Of a DNA stretch of 64,000 nt, positions 9,402-19,270 are shown in pieces; position 1 is the first letter of the stretch, and each line of letters begins with the position of its first letter. The stretch covers positions 12,476 to 76,475 of IMG/VR virus record IMGVR_UViG_3300002131_000176; one strand, given 5' to 3'. Origin of the DNA: a virus. A program made the position numbers and the translations under genes. The notes beneath the pieces are model-generated. The model saw only the letters and a program-made list of their open reading frames with translations, did not search any database and had not been told where the DNA came from.

Positions 9402-10778
9402 ATGGCAGCAATTATTACTGATACGCTGAGAAGACAAACGGCTAATGATCTTTTAGCAGATATTCTAGATACAGCAGGATCTAATAAGTATTTTATTGGA
9501 ATCGGTAAATCAGACCAATATGACTCAAGCGATACCGCAACAGTTCCGACCAAGTCGGTAAGAGATGAAAGAATTGCAAGAGCAAACCTTCAATCGGTAA
9601 AGCAAATAGCCACAGGTGGTGCATCATTTGTATCACCTAGGTATAATTGGTCTTCAGGTAGTCTGTATTCTGCTTGGAGCGATACGTACGATGATATTCC
9701 GGCTAATCCGCATTATGTGCTTACAGAAGACAACGAGGTATATATTTGCCTACAACAGGGCCTTAACTCACTAGGTGTTCCTGTTAACTCTATTGTTAAG
9801 CCGAATTTCACTAATGCCGGGGTCACTCAAGCACAAGCGTTTGAAACGGCAGATGGTTATAGGTGGAAATTCTTATATGCGTTGAGCCCAACAAAAGCAA
9901 ATAACTTTTTATCATCAAATTACTTGCCAACTTCAGCTATTTCTGATTCTTCTGGAACACCCGGTTTAAACATCTTTGATGTCCAACAAGCACAAATAAG
10001 AGAGGCAGCAGTAGGCGGCCAGATTATTGGCGTTTCAATTACAAATGCCGGCAGTGGATATAATAGCGCACCTACCGTAATATTTAGAGGTAACGGCAGT
10101 GGTGCCCAAGCCACAGCAACAATAGATACTAATGGAGTAGTTGTAAAAATTGAGATGAACGACGAAAGTGCGTCATTAGGCAGTGGCTATCTTTATAGTA
10201 GTGTTGAATTTAGTGGTGGTAGTCCATCAGTCGCTGCTATAGGTCAATCTATTATTTCATCAATTGAAGGTATTGGTTATGATCCAGTAAAAGATTTACT
10301 GTCAACTTCTGTGATGGTTGTGTCAAAACCAACCGGGACAGAATCAGGAAACTTTTTAGTTAATCAAGATTTTAGACAAATTTTATTACTTAAAAACCTT
10401 GAACATAAAGATAGTGATGAATTGTATGATGAAGTATCAGGCAAGATACTAAAGGCGTTTAGCGTTGATAATGCAGTATCACTAGCTGTTGATAACTTGG
10501 TATCTGGCGATTCAGCCGTTGCCTATATTGATCAAATTATCGGTAATACGGTATTCTATCATCAAAACGAAACTACTGGTTTTGGTACGTTTGCTAACGG
10601 CGAAGCAATTACAGACAACGGTGGCGGTAGTGCAAATATTATCTACGGGCAAGACAGCGCCGGATTTGGTGGTCAGGTAGACGGCTTCTCTGGAGATCTA
10701 TTATACATAGAGAATAGAGCTCGTATTTTAAGAGATGCTGCTCAAACTGAAGACATCAAAGTTATTCTTACATTCTAA
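9402..10778 (+). CDS. gp8: Baseplate wedge subunit gp8
   Basis: PRYNWSSG, HYVLTEDNEVYICL, TADGYRWKFLY, YIENRARILR...EDIKVILTF motifs. Confidence 0.9.
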   Translation: MAAIITDTLRRQTANDLLADILDTAGSNKYFIGIGKSDQYDSSDTATVPTKSVRDERIARANLQSVKQIATGGASFVSPRYNWSSGSLYSAWSDTYDDIPANPHYVLTEDNEVYICLQQGLNSLGVPVNSIVKPNFTNAGVTQAQAFETADGYRWKFLYALSPTKANNFLSSNYLPTSAISDSSGTPGLNIFDVQQAQIREAAVGGQIIGVSITNAGSGYNSAPTVIFRGNGSGAQATATIDTNGVVVKIEMNDESASLGSGYLYSSVEFSGGSPSVAAIGQSIISSIEGIGYDPVKDLLSTSVMVVSKPTGTESGNFLVNQDFRQILLLKNLEHKDSDELYDEVSGKILKAFSVDNAVSLAVDNLVSGDSAVAYIDQIIGNTVFYHQNETTGFGTFANGEAITDNGGGSANIIYGQDSAGFGGQVDGFSGDLLYIENRARILRDAAQTEDIKVILTF

Positions 10779-10789
10779 GGCAATCATAC

Positions 10790-13700
10790 ATGGCAACGAC
10801 ATTTACAACCAATACATTTGCTAATACCTATAAGGATGATTATCGCGACAGTGATAATTATTACAGGATTCTATTTAATAGTGGTAAGACACTTCAGGCT
10901 AGAGAGTTAACTCAACTTCAAACTATTATTCAATCAGAGATTGGAAGATTTGCTCGTAACATATTTAATGAAGGCGCCATGGTTAATCCAGGCGGGATTA
11001 CAGTAAATAACGGGTATGAGTTTTTAAAGCTAGATACTTCATTAAATCAATTACCCGATGTTGATTTGGTAGGCGAAGATTTTGTTACAGAGGATGGTAA
11101 TATTACTGTTAAGGTGCTGCAAGTTGTAGCAGCAAATGCAGTGTCTGGTGATCCAGCAACCCTATATGTAAAATACATTGATACTGCTAATGCACCAAGC
11201 AGCGATGTTGCAATTAGAGTTCCAAACGGCACTGATATTAGTAATGGAACTTATACATTAACATTAGAGGCATCAGGTGCTGCTGGTGTTGGTACTATTG
11301 GTGCTGTAGCAGCTGGTGAATATTTTACAAAAGATCATTTTGTATATGCTGAAAAACAAACGTTTTTTATTAGCAAATACACATCCAACCCGACTGGTGA
11401 CTTAGGTTTTCGCATTACAGAGGATATTGTAACAGCGGCTGATAATTCTGCGCTTTATGATAACCAAGGCGCAATTGCTAATACTGCTGCACCAGGCGCT
11501 GATAGATACAGAATTAGACTCACTCTTACTACTAGAGACCAAGTAGACTCTGCTGATAATTTTTTATATGTTGCTAGGGTTGTGAATGGAAAAGTTTCTG
11601 GTGAATCCACTGGAAGTAACGAATATAACAAAATTGCTGAATTAATGGCGCAGCGGACTGACGAAGAGTCTGGTGATTATATAGTTAATCCAATTACTGC
11701 TAAGTTTGAGGCTTTAAATGATTCTAATTTAACGTTGAATATCTCTGATGGTATTAGCTATGTTGAAGGTTATCGCCTTGAGGTGCCAATAACGACGCTA
11801 ACGATTCCTAAGGCGCAGACCTTTACATCTGTCGTAGGGCAAAATGTTGTTGCTCAGTATGGCAATTTTGTAAATCAAGACTCTGATGGTGGTTGTGCTG
11901 GTTTGCCTAATATTGATAGTTTTGCACAACTTGATTTACGGGACGGAAAAGGTTACGGTGGTGCCACTATTGGTACAGCCAGAGTAAGAGCAGTTGAACG
12001 TAATCAAAGCACAATTAGATATTACCTATTTGATATTAAAGTTAATGCTGGCCAGAGCTTTTCTTCTACTAAAAGTATAGGTACCGGTACTTCTTCATAT
12101 TTTGATGTTGAATTAACCGATGGTATTGTTTTACTTAAAGAAACTGCTAATAATTCGCTTTTGTTTAAACTGCCAAACACAAGACCAACGAGCGGTAGTG
12201 TAGTCGTAAATACTCTTCAAGTTCAACGGCGATATTCTTTTCAATCAAGTGGCAGTGGTACATACACGCTGCCTGCTGGCAGTTTTGGTGGTTCAGGCTT
12301 AACGTTTACTGACACTGGCGATTGGATTATCACAAAATTAGATGGTAGTGTTTCAGATACATCTGCGACATTTGCACTTGCTGGTTCGCCAACTGGCACT
12401 ACTGTTAACATTACTGGTCTTGAAAATTCTACTGACTATGAGCTTATTGCTATGGTTGATATTGCAACTCCAGTAACTAGAGCAAAAAGCATTGAAACTA
12501 GGACTCTTACAAAAGCATGGCCAGGTGATGCCGACTCTGATGGCAATGGTTTGCAATGGCTAAACTTAGACCGTGCTGATGCAATTGATGTTTTAAATGT
12601 CAAATTAAATACGGTATCAGGCAGGGATTTAAGCGAAAGCTTTACATTTGATAACGGCCAACGAGATAATTTCTATGCACGTGGCCGTTTAATCCAAAAA
12701 ACTGGATCTACGATTCCGACAGCTAATGTGTATATTCAATATAGACATTTTGCTCATGATCCAGGCCATTTCTTTAATGTAAGTTCTTACGCAGGTATTA
12801 ACTATGCGGATATTCCAAGTCATCGTAAGAATAATGGTGAAGTTGTTCCATTAACTGATGTCTTGGATTTTAGACCGAGCGTAGATTCTACTGGAACTTT
12901 TCTTGCTGACCAAGATTTTATTTCTTTATTACCACAAAATACAAACGCAATTGATTTAGATGCAGATTATTATTTGCCTAGGAACGACATACTTGTCATT
13001 AAACGCGTTGAAAATGACGTTAAAACGAATAGAGCCGAAGCAAAATATATTCGAGGTGTTCCAGACTTTATACCTGCATACCCTGAAGTACCTTCAGGGT
13101 CTATGGAGCTTTATAGATTTGAATTAAACCCGTACACTGTATCTGATTCTGATTTAGCGACGACTTTTGTAGATCATAAGCGTTATACAATGAAAGATAT
13201 CGGCGAACTTGAAAAGCGAATTGTCAATCTTGAGGAATATACTACGCTATCAATATTAGAAAATAGTACAGCAATTCAATTAGTGTTAGACGAAAACGGT
13301 AATCCTAGAACTAAATCTGGGTTCTTTGCTGATAACTTTTCTGGTATGGCATTCGCTGAGACTGGTAGCAGATACAGAGCTTCGATGAGCCCGCAGGACA
13401 ATACTCTGAACCCGCCGTTTGTATCAAATAACATTAGGTTAATTTATGACTCTAGTGATGTTGCTAATACTGTAACCCGGTCTGGTGATTTGCTTACTCT
13501 ACCATATACGACTAGTACATTTGTAAATCAGAATCTGGCAACAGAAACAATGAATATTAACCCATTTGCGGTTATTACGCAAACTGGTTATACTGAATTA
13601 TCACCATCATCAGATGAATGGGTTGAAACAAGATTTGCAACTGATGTGACTGTCAATGGTGGCACTTCTATCACGATAAGACAAGGCACGTGGTTTGCCG

Positions 13701-15799
13701 CTGCGTCGACAAGAGTCTTATCAGATGTTACAACTAGAAGGCTTACGTCAACAGCTGTTATTGATGTTGCAGTAGCACCTTTCATGCGATCCAAGAAAAT
13801 CCACTTTAAAACTGTTGGATTACGCCCTAACACACAATTCTTCCCATATTTTAATAACGTAGATGTAGGTGCGTGGTGTAGAGAAGAAAGCACCTTTACG
13901 CTTTTCGGTTCTACTACTACTGATTTTGGCAACCAATTCTCTCAAAGAACTTCACACCCAGACGGTAATACTAATTTGGTGAGTGACGCTACAGGTGAAA
14001 TTATTGGTTCATTCTTTTTGCCATCTACAGAAGCTATTAGATTTAGGACTGGAACTTCTGAATTTAAACTTTTAGATGTAACTGGAAACAATGAAGCTGC
14101 TGCCATATCGTTTAGCAAATCAAGATATACGGCAACAGGTACAATTGAAACAAGACAAAGAACTTTTGTGTCAACAAGATCTGTAAATATTCTACAGTTA
14201 ACTCAAACGTTTCCACAAGGCGCAGCAGGTGATCCATTAGCACAGTCATTTTATATTGATAGGGTGGAATATCCAAACGGGATGTTTTTGGCATCTACCA
14301 ATATTTATTTTGCAACCAAAGACAATACAGTACCAGTACGTTGCGAAATTGTTACTATGGAAAATGGTCACCCCACTACAACGGTTCTTGCTAACTCAGT
14401 ATTATTACCAGCAGATGTTAATTTGCCAGTAGATGGTAACGATATGGCATCTGTGAGGGCAGCGGCCACACAGTTCACCTTTGCTGAGCCTGTTTTCTTA
14501 TCTCCAGGCCGTGAATATGCGGTTGTACTAAAAGCAGAATCTACAAATTACAATGTCCATGTAGCTAAAACATATGATTTTATTCTAGGTACTACATCTG
14601 CACGTGTCACTAAACAACCAACATTAGGTACGTTGTTCCAATCACAAAATGCTTTTACTTGGACACCAGATCAAACCCGTGATTTAATGTTTACATTAAA
14701 CAAGGCTGTGTTTTCAACTAGCGGTGTTGCATTGCTTGAAAATGGTGCGCCACCAAATGAATTGTTAAACACTAATCCAATTCTAACTACTACTGGTGAT
14801 TCTGATGTTCATATCTTATTGACCGGTCATGGATTTATTACTGGAGACGTTGTTACAGTATCCGGTTTTGCCGAAGATAGCATTGGTGGTGTTGCAGCTT
14901 CAAGTATTAACGGAACACGGGTTGTTACTGGAGTTGATTGGACTGGATTTACCATTGGTGCAGATTCACAGGCAAGTACTACCTTACGTGGTGGTGGTGA
15001 TGGTGTGATTGTTACACAACAGTCACACTTTGATGAATATACACCAGTGATTCAATCAATAACACCAGATTTAACGACTATTTCTGCAAGTGCCAAGTTT
15101 ACCTCAGGTGGTTCATATGCCGGTTCTAAAAATAGAACAACTGGAACTAACACAAGAGCTAAAGCATCAAGTTATTCACCAATTTCACCAAATAGAACCA
15201 ATTTTACAACTGAGCCTAAGGTGATATTGACCAATGCGAGTCAGACGAAATTCTTGGCTGGCGCTAAGTCTGCGACAATTAAACTTGATTTTTCAACAGC
15301 AGATGTAAACGTATCACCTGTGGTTGATTTACAGAGAGTATCAATGACGGTAACCGAAAACGTAATTGATAAACAAGATGCTTCACTTACAAATGGTTAT
15401 AATGTACCATTAGTGTATGTGGCTGAAACAGATCCTACAGAAGGAACCGCTGCGGCTAAACACGTTAGTAAGCAAATTACATTGCAAGAACCAGGTATTG
15501 GTCTTAAAATCTTGTTAACTGCAAATAGGCCTACTGAAGCTGATTTTGATGTTTACTACAAAGTTGGCACAGGCGATGATGTTTTGGATGATAAGGTTTG
15601 GGTTTTGGTTGATAAAGAAACCGAAATGCCGGCAGATAACGATAGAGTAACTTTTAGAGAATACGAATATTTGGCTGGTGGTATTACTGGTACATTGTCA
15701 CCGTTTACCACATACCAAGTTAAAATTGTAATGACTTCTACTAGTAGCTCTAGAGTTCCACTTATTAGAGATCTAAGAGTTATTGCATTAGCCACATAA
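10790..15799 (+). CDS. Large virion structural protein, DUF4815 / VrlC-like
   Basis: YKDDY...YYRILF.SG..LQARELTQLQT N-terminus, APGADRYRI, DPLAQSF, C-terminal VPLIRDLRVIALA; typical of marine T4-like phages after gp8. Confidence 0.85.
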   Translation: MATTFTTNTFANTYKDDYRDSDNYYRILFNSGKTLQARELTQLQTIIQSEIGRFARNIFNEGAMVNPGGITVNNGYEFLKLDTSLNQLPDVDLVGEDFVTEDGNITVKVLQVVAANAVSGDPATLYVKYIDTANAPSSDVAIRVPNGTDISNGTYTLTLEASGAAGVGTIGAVAAGEYFTKDHFVYAEKQTFFISKYTSNPTGDLGFRITEDIVTAADNSALYDNQGAIANTAAPGADRYRIRLTLTTRDQVDSADNFLYVARVVNGKVSGESTGSNEYNKIAELMAQRTDEESGDYIVNPITAKFEALNDSNLTLNISDGISYVEGYRLEVPITTLTIPKAQTFTSVVGQNVVAQYGNFVNQDSDGGCAGLPNIDSFAQLDLRDGKGYGGATIGTARVRAVERNQSTIRYYLFDIKVNAGQSFSSTKSIGTGTSSYFDVELTDGIVLLKETANNSLLFKLPNTRPTSGSVVVNTLQVQRRYSFQSSGSGTYTLPAGSFGGSGLTFTDTGDWIITKLDGSVSDTSATFALAGSPTGTTVNITGLENSTDYELIAMVDIATPVTRAKSIETRTLTKAWPGDADSDGNGLQWLNLDRADAIDVLNVKLNTVSGRDLSESFTFDNGQRDNFYARGRLIQKTGSTIPTANVYIQYRHFAHDPGHFFNVSSYAGINYADIPSHRKNNGEVVPLTDVLDFRPSVDSTGTFLADQDFISLLPQNTNAIDLDADYYLPRNDILVIKRVENDVKTNRAEAKYIRGVPDFIPAYPEVPSGSMELYRFELNPYTVSDSDLATTFVDHKRYTMKDIGELEKRIVNLEEYTTLSILENSTAIQLVLDENGNPRTKSGFFADNFSGMAFAETGSRYRASMSPQDNTLNPPFVSNNIRLIYDSSDVANTVTRSGDLLTLPYTTSTFVNQNLATETMNINPFAVITQTGYTELSPSSDEWVETRFATDVTVNGGTSITIRQGTWFAAASTRVLSDVTTRRLTSTAVIDVAVAPFMRSKKIHFKTVGLRPNTQFFPYFNNVDVGAWCREESTFTLFGSTTTDFGNQFSQRTSHPDGNTNLVSDATGEIIGSFFLPSTEAIRFRTGTSEFKLLDVTGNNEAAAISFSKSRYTATGTIETRQRTFVSTRSVNILQLTQTFPQGAAGDPLAQSFYIDRVEYPNGMFLASTNIYFATKDNTVPVRCEIVTMENGHPTTTVLANSVLLPADVNLPVDGNDMASVRAAATQFTFAEPVFLSPGREYAVVLKAESTNYNVHVAKTYDFILGTTSARVTKQPTLGTLFQSQNAFTWTPDQTRDLMFTLNKAVFSTSGVALLENGAPPNELLNTNPILTTTGDSDVHILLTGHGFITGDVVTVSGFAEDSIGGVAASSINGTRVVTGVDWTGFTIGADSQASTTLRGGGDGVIVTQQSHFDEYTPVIQSITPDLTTISASAKFTSGGSYAGSKNRTTGTNTRAKASSYSPISPNRTNFTTEPKVILTNASQTKFLAGAKSATIKLDFSTADVNVSPVVDLQRVSMTVTENVIDKQDASLTNGYNVPLVYVAETDPTEGTAAAKHVSKQITLQEPGIGLKILLTANRPTEADFDVYYKVGTGDDVLDDKVWVLVDKETEMPADNDRVTFREYEYLAGGITGTLSPFTTYQVKIVMTSTSSSRVPLIRDLRVIALAT

Positions 15800-16023
15800 T
15801 GAAACAATTAATAAAAGTTGACGGGCATCCGGGTCTTACAAGAGATCCGGTATCCGGTGCTATTTTGAATATAAATAAGAATGAAATAGCTACTGCAAGG
15901 AAGGCCAAAGCAGTCGTAAGAAAAAATCAGTCTAAGATTGAACAATTAGAAAACGATATCTCAGACATCAAAAATATTCTATTGAGAATGCTAGAGGAAA
16001 AAAATGGCAGTAACAGTAATTAA
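15799..16023 (+). CDS. Small conserved hypothetical protein (coiled-coil C-terminus)
   Basis: IKVDGHPGLTRDPVSGAILN then a coiled coil; TAATG-coupled to the DUF4815-like gene. Confidence 0.75.
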   Translation: MKQLIKVDGHPGLTRDPVSGAILNINKNEIATARKAKAVVRKNQSKIEQLENDISDIKNILLRMLEEKNGSNSN

Positions 16024-16474
16024 TTTATCTGACCCAGTATCGACGCTGGTCACTAAAACCAATACCATCTCGGGCGACGTTGGTGACGTTGCGCAATTAG
16101 TCACCGGCGATGATAACGTAGTTGATGCCATTAATGCATTAAGAGCTATAGTCGTGCCGTTTGATGACTCGTCGGAAGTTATTGCTATTGCCAGAAGTGG
16201 TCTATCGGTGAATAACGATTCAGCTAGCGGCTTATCCTTAAGCTATAGCAGTAGTACTGGTATTATTAAATTGGTTGGCGCTGCTGACAGAAGCACAGTA
16301 GTTGGGTATTTTACTAGTGATAGCGCAAATAGTATTGCTTTTAACTCTGGGGCCGGGACTTTTGGAATCGTACCAAATAGTATCACGTCATCGAGGTTTA
16401 ATTCTGCAGTGTCGCTTATTATCTACGATGATGCTGGTTCGGTAGTAAAGACGATTTACAGCCCAGGAAGTTAA
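16004..16474 (+). CDS. Putative whisker/fibre-like virion protein
   Basis: TLVTKTNTISGDVGDVAQL...VVDAINAL N-terminus resembles fibre N-termini; upstream GAGGA SD-like sequence. Confidence 0.5.
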   Translation: MAVTVINLSDPVSTLVTKTNTISGDVGDVAQLVTGDDNVVDAINALRAIVVPFDDSSEVIAIARSGLSVNNDSASGLSLSYSSSTGIIKLVGAADRSTVVGYFTSDSANSIAFNSGAGTFGIVPNSITSSRFNSAVSLIIYDDAGSVVKTIYSPGS

Positions 16475-16477
16475 ATT

Positions 16478-17413
16478 ATGGCAGCAAGACAACCACTATA
16501 TTGGGATGCTGGGTCAAGCTCAATAAAGACAATGACTGTCAGTGAGGTTAATAGCGTTATTAGCCAGGTATCTTACCTGTATTCGTTATCACCATCTGTG
16601 ACTTTAAGCGTTGTTTCTTCAGGCGGCAATATTGGTACCTTAAGTGATACACGTAAATCTGCTGGTGCTTCTTTAACACGTGTTGAGAGATTTTCAACTG
16701 AAGCAGAAACGGACGAACCAGGCACTGTTACCGTTAACTTTGCAAAGGTAAATCAGACAGTAGCTTCTGTGTCAGAACCAACATCTGGTGTCCAAGGCTC
16801 TTATCCATGTTATTATTATAATAGCGGCATTAGACCAATGACGGATACCGATGTTTATGACACATTTATAAGTCCGGCAATTACCAATTTAACATCAGGT
16901 AGTACAGGCACTGCGCAAGGCGGTACTTATAGAATTCACACTAGTGATGGTGGTCTAAGCGGTCATACTTTAGTAAGTGCAACAGCTGTGTTTACAGATA
17001 CCAGAGCCGATACCTCGCTATATACTGCGGCCGGAATTGGTGAAGCATTGGATCAACCAACCACTATTACTAATTTTTATCTTTATACGGTTAATGGTGC
17101 TGCAGCTAGTTATATTAAACCATTGAGAGTGACGGCAACAAATAATAATTTGCAAGTTTTTAGCGCTACATTATTTGACACACTGTTGCAAAATCATGTT
17201 AGATATGCGGCAGCAAGTATCTCCGGTCAACAAGTTAGATATAGTTACAGCACGGGTAATAACAGAGGTTCTGGTATGACTGATACTATTTTAAACGGGT
17301 CTGGTAACTATCAAACTCTATATGTAAATACTAATGATTATCGTGCTCAAGAATTCCCGGATGGATCAGCGGTAACAGCAAATACATATTTTTTGAAAAT
17401 TAATAAATCTTAA
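16478..17413 (+). CDS. Hypothetical S/T/G-rich virion structural protein
   Basis: 311-aa ORF in the structural operon with beta-rich composition; no catalytic motif recognised. Confidence 0.55.
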   Translation: MAARQPLYWDAGSSSIKTMTVSEVNSVISQVSYLYSLSPSVTLSVVSSGGNIGTLSDTRKSAGASLTRVERFSTEAETDEPGTVTVNFAKVNQTVASVSEPTSGVQGSYPCYYYNSGIRPMTDTDVYDTFISPAITNLTSGSTGTAQGGTYRIHTSDGGLSGHTLVSATAVFTDTRADTSLYTAAGIGEALDQPTTITNFYLYTVNGAAASYIKPLRVTATNNNLQVFSATLFDTLLQNHVRYAAASISGQQVRYSYSTGNNRGSGMTDTILNGSGNYQTLYVNTNDYRAQEFPDGSAVTANTYFLKINKS

Positions 17414-17425
17414 GGTAAAATAACA

Positions 17426-17923
17426 ATGCAAGGGTATAATTTACTTACTGCCAACTTCAGTAATAACGAACGCACTATAGTTGAAGTGTACTGGTGTGAT
17501 GATAAGGGCGGAGATATTCAAGTCGAATATATTGAAGCCAAAGAAGGCGATGCTGCTTGGGAAGATTTGCTTACACAAATCAGCATTGATCAATTGCATG
17601 AAAACACTTATCAGCACATGCGTAAACAGCAAGAAATGCTTGATGATGCAGCAATTGAAATTGGTAAAAAGCGTGGGCTATTGTACGACATTAATACCGA
17701 CAAGACGGCGGTGGTGAAAGCAACGGCTGAAACTCTGTTTAAGCAATACACTGAAGAAGAACTAAAAGAATACTTATTTGTGTATAAGTTAAACTTGTTT
17801 GAAAATGAGATAATTAAAAAGTCTAAGAACAGAACAGGTAAAGCAGCAATTCGTAAAGCAACTACTATCGTTGAAGCTACGCTGTCTGCGTGTGAGTTAT
17901 ATCAAAAAGAATTAAACAAGTAA
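17426..17923 (+). CDS. Hypothetical protein (possible fibre chaperone)
   Basis: 165-aa charged ORF ending the + strand operon; 12-nt convergent overlap with the glycan island. Confidence 0.55.
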   Translation: MQGYNLLTANFSNNERTIVEVYWCDDKGGDIQVEYIEAKEGDAAWEDLLTQISIDQLHENTYQHMRKQQEMLDDAAIEIGKKRGLLYDINTDKTAVVKATAETLFKQYTEEELKEYLFVYKLNLFENEIIKKSKNRTGKAAIRKATTIVEATLSACELYQKELNK

Positions 17924-18475
17924 ATATTTACACCACCAATCAACTTCAGTTTGCATATGCTCGTGTCTCTGGTTAAATAGATAAACATCAAACTCATCTG
18001 ATTCCTCAGTTACGGTTTGAAAAGAACAAAACCCCTCTACGAAAGTATTGGGGTTTTTTATTTCATAAAGGTATTGATCCATGCCTTTAGAATATTTAAA
18101 CATATAATACTCTGGGTCTGCAGCAAACTCATTAAATACGTCTGATCTATCACCCGTCCAAGATATGATTGATGAGTTTAACGGCGTGTGCCAGGCATCC
18201 CTCCACCACGCGCTACACACGGTTAATTCATCCCGTAAAAATTGATTGCAGTCGCCTTTAATTAAGACATCAAGATCAAAGTAAATATTCGTACCATCAC
18301 GGTATCTGTCAAACATTTGCAGTTTGTTAAACACCTGCAACTCATATTCATTGTCACGAATTACTTCAAAAGAGTCGTAGTCCAAACCGGAGTATGTGTC
18401 AATCATGTGCTTTAGGTTATCCTCAAACCATTGGGGATACTTATCCCCGGTGCGTACACATATTATTCTAATCAC
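17912..18475 (-). CDS. Glycosyltransferase-like protein (GT-A fold, DxD)
   Basis: IICVRTGDKY, FNKLQMF, YFDLDVLI, LNSSIISW, GMDQYL: pattern of small phage GT-A enzymes. GTG start. Confidence 0.7.
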   Translation of the reverse strand: MIRIICVRTGDKYPQWFEDNLKHMIDTYSGLDYDSFEVIRDNEYELQVFNKLQMFDRYRDGTNIYFDLDVLIKGDCNQFLRDELTVCSAWWRDAWHTPLNSSIISWTGDRSDVFNEFAADPEYYMFKYSKGMDQYLYEIKNPNTFVEGFCSFQTVTEESDEFDVYLFNQRHEHMQTEVDWWCKYLLV

Positions 18476-18582
18476 TTATCTTCGTCTTCGTAAATAAAAT
18501 TGTCTTGGTTTTTTGGTGGCTTATAAAAAATAAGCTTGATTCGCCACCAGGTAAATTTAATATATTGTTTTAAATCGTTCAT
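18472..18582 (-). CDS. Unannotated 36-aa basic/aromatic peptide (MNDLKQYIKFTWWRIKLIFYKPPKNQDNFIYEDEDK)
   Basis: Read by hand: AGGAGA SD 8 nt before the ATG at 18582; its TGA overlaps the GTG of the next GT (GTGA coupling); fills the gap between the SGNH and GT genes. Confidence 0.65.
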   Translation of the reverse strand: MNDLKQYIKFTWWRIKLIFYKPPKNQDNFIYEDEDK

Positions 18583-19270
18583 AAAATATGTCTCCTATTA
18601 CTTTTTGGCCGGCAGCGGTATAATGGCGGTCTTTATCGGATATGAATGTGTTTTCCTCGCCAATTTTTTTTATAATTTCAGAACGCATGTGTGTTCCGTC
18701 AAATCTCGTAAGAAACGGAAACCCAATTAATGAATCATTTAATAGCGGTTTATATTTTTGTATAGAGAATAATATTTTACGAATCAGTTTTTTATCATAA
18801 GTATGATTGGCCATACCGTGCACAAGTTTTATTGATCGGCTATTGCAATATTCTTGCAATATAACTAGGTTTTTAAAAAAACATTCTACACTGGAGTCTA
18901 ATTCATAAAACCCTAGGTTTAAACCTTCTTGAATCCATTTTATTTTTTCGTGCAACCTATTAAAATTATTACCTTCAATCCGAGATAAAGACGGATGAAA
19001 TGTTACGCTATCATAAACATCAATGCGAGTAATTTCGGTCCAAAGCACTAAAACAATATCATAATCGGTTACAGAACACTCATATAAAACATTTTTTAAG
19101 ATGCGATTATTGCCTATACCAGATTGCCCTATATTATTACAGATAGCGTCGTCGAAATTATTAGTAAATATTTCTGGCCACTTTGGCCATGACGTATCCA
19201 TTTCAGGATGGAATAGCGTTTTAAAATAATAATCAGTATGGCTACAACCAGCTGCTAATATTTTATGCAT
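18557..19270 (-). CDS. SGNH/GDSL hydrolase-like protein (possible O-acyl esterase/transferase)
   Basis: AAGCSHTD (block I), NIGQSGIGNNRI (block II), LWTEITRID, DRHYTAAGQ (DxH). Confidence 0.7.
   Translation of the reverse strand: MHKILAAGCSHTDYYFKTLFHPEMDTSWPKWPEIFTNNFDDAICNNIGQSGIGNNRILKNVLYECSVTDYDIVLVLWTEITRIDVYDSVTFHPSLSRIEGNNFNRLHEKIKWIQEGLNLGFYELDSSVECFFKNLVILQEYCNSRSIKLVHGMANHTYDKKLIRKILFSIQKYKPLLNDSLIGFPFLTRFDGTHMRSEIIKKIGEENTFISDKDRHYTAAGQKVIGDIFYERFKTIY

Noticed and set aside
643-15807. Many 60-230 aa minus-strand ORFs opposite baseplate genes (e.g. 8558..9247, 2623..3120)
   Set aside because: Fully overlap well-supported + strand T4 genes; shadow ORFs.
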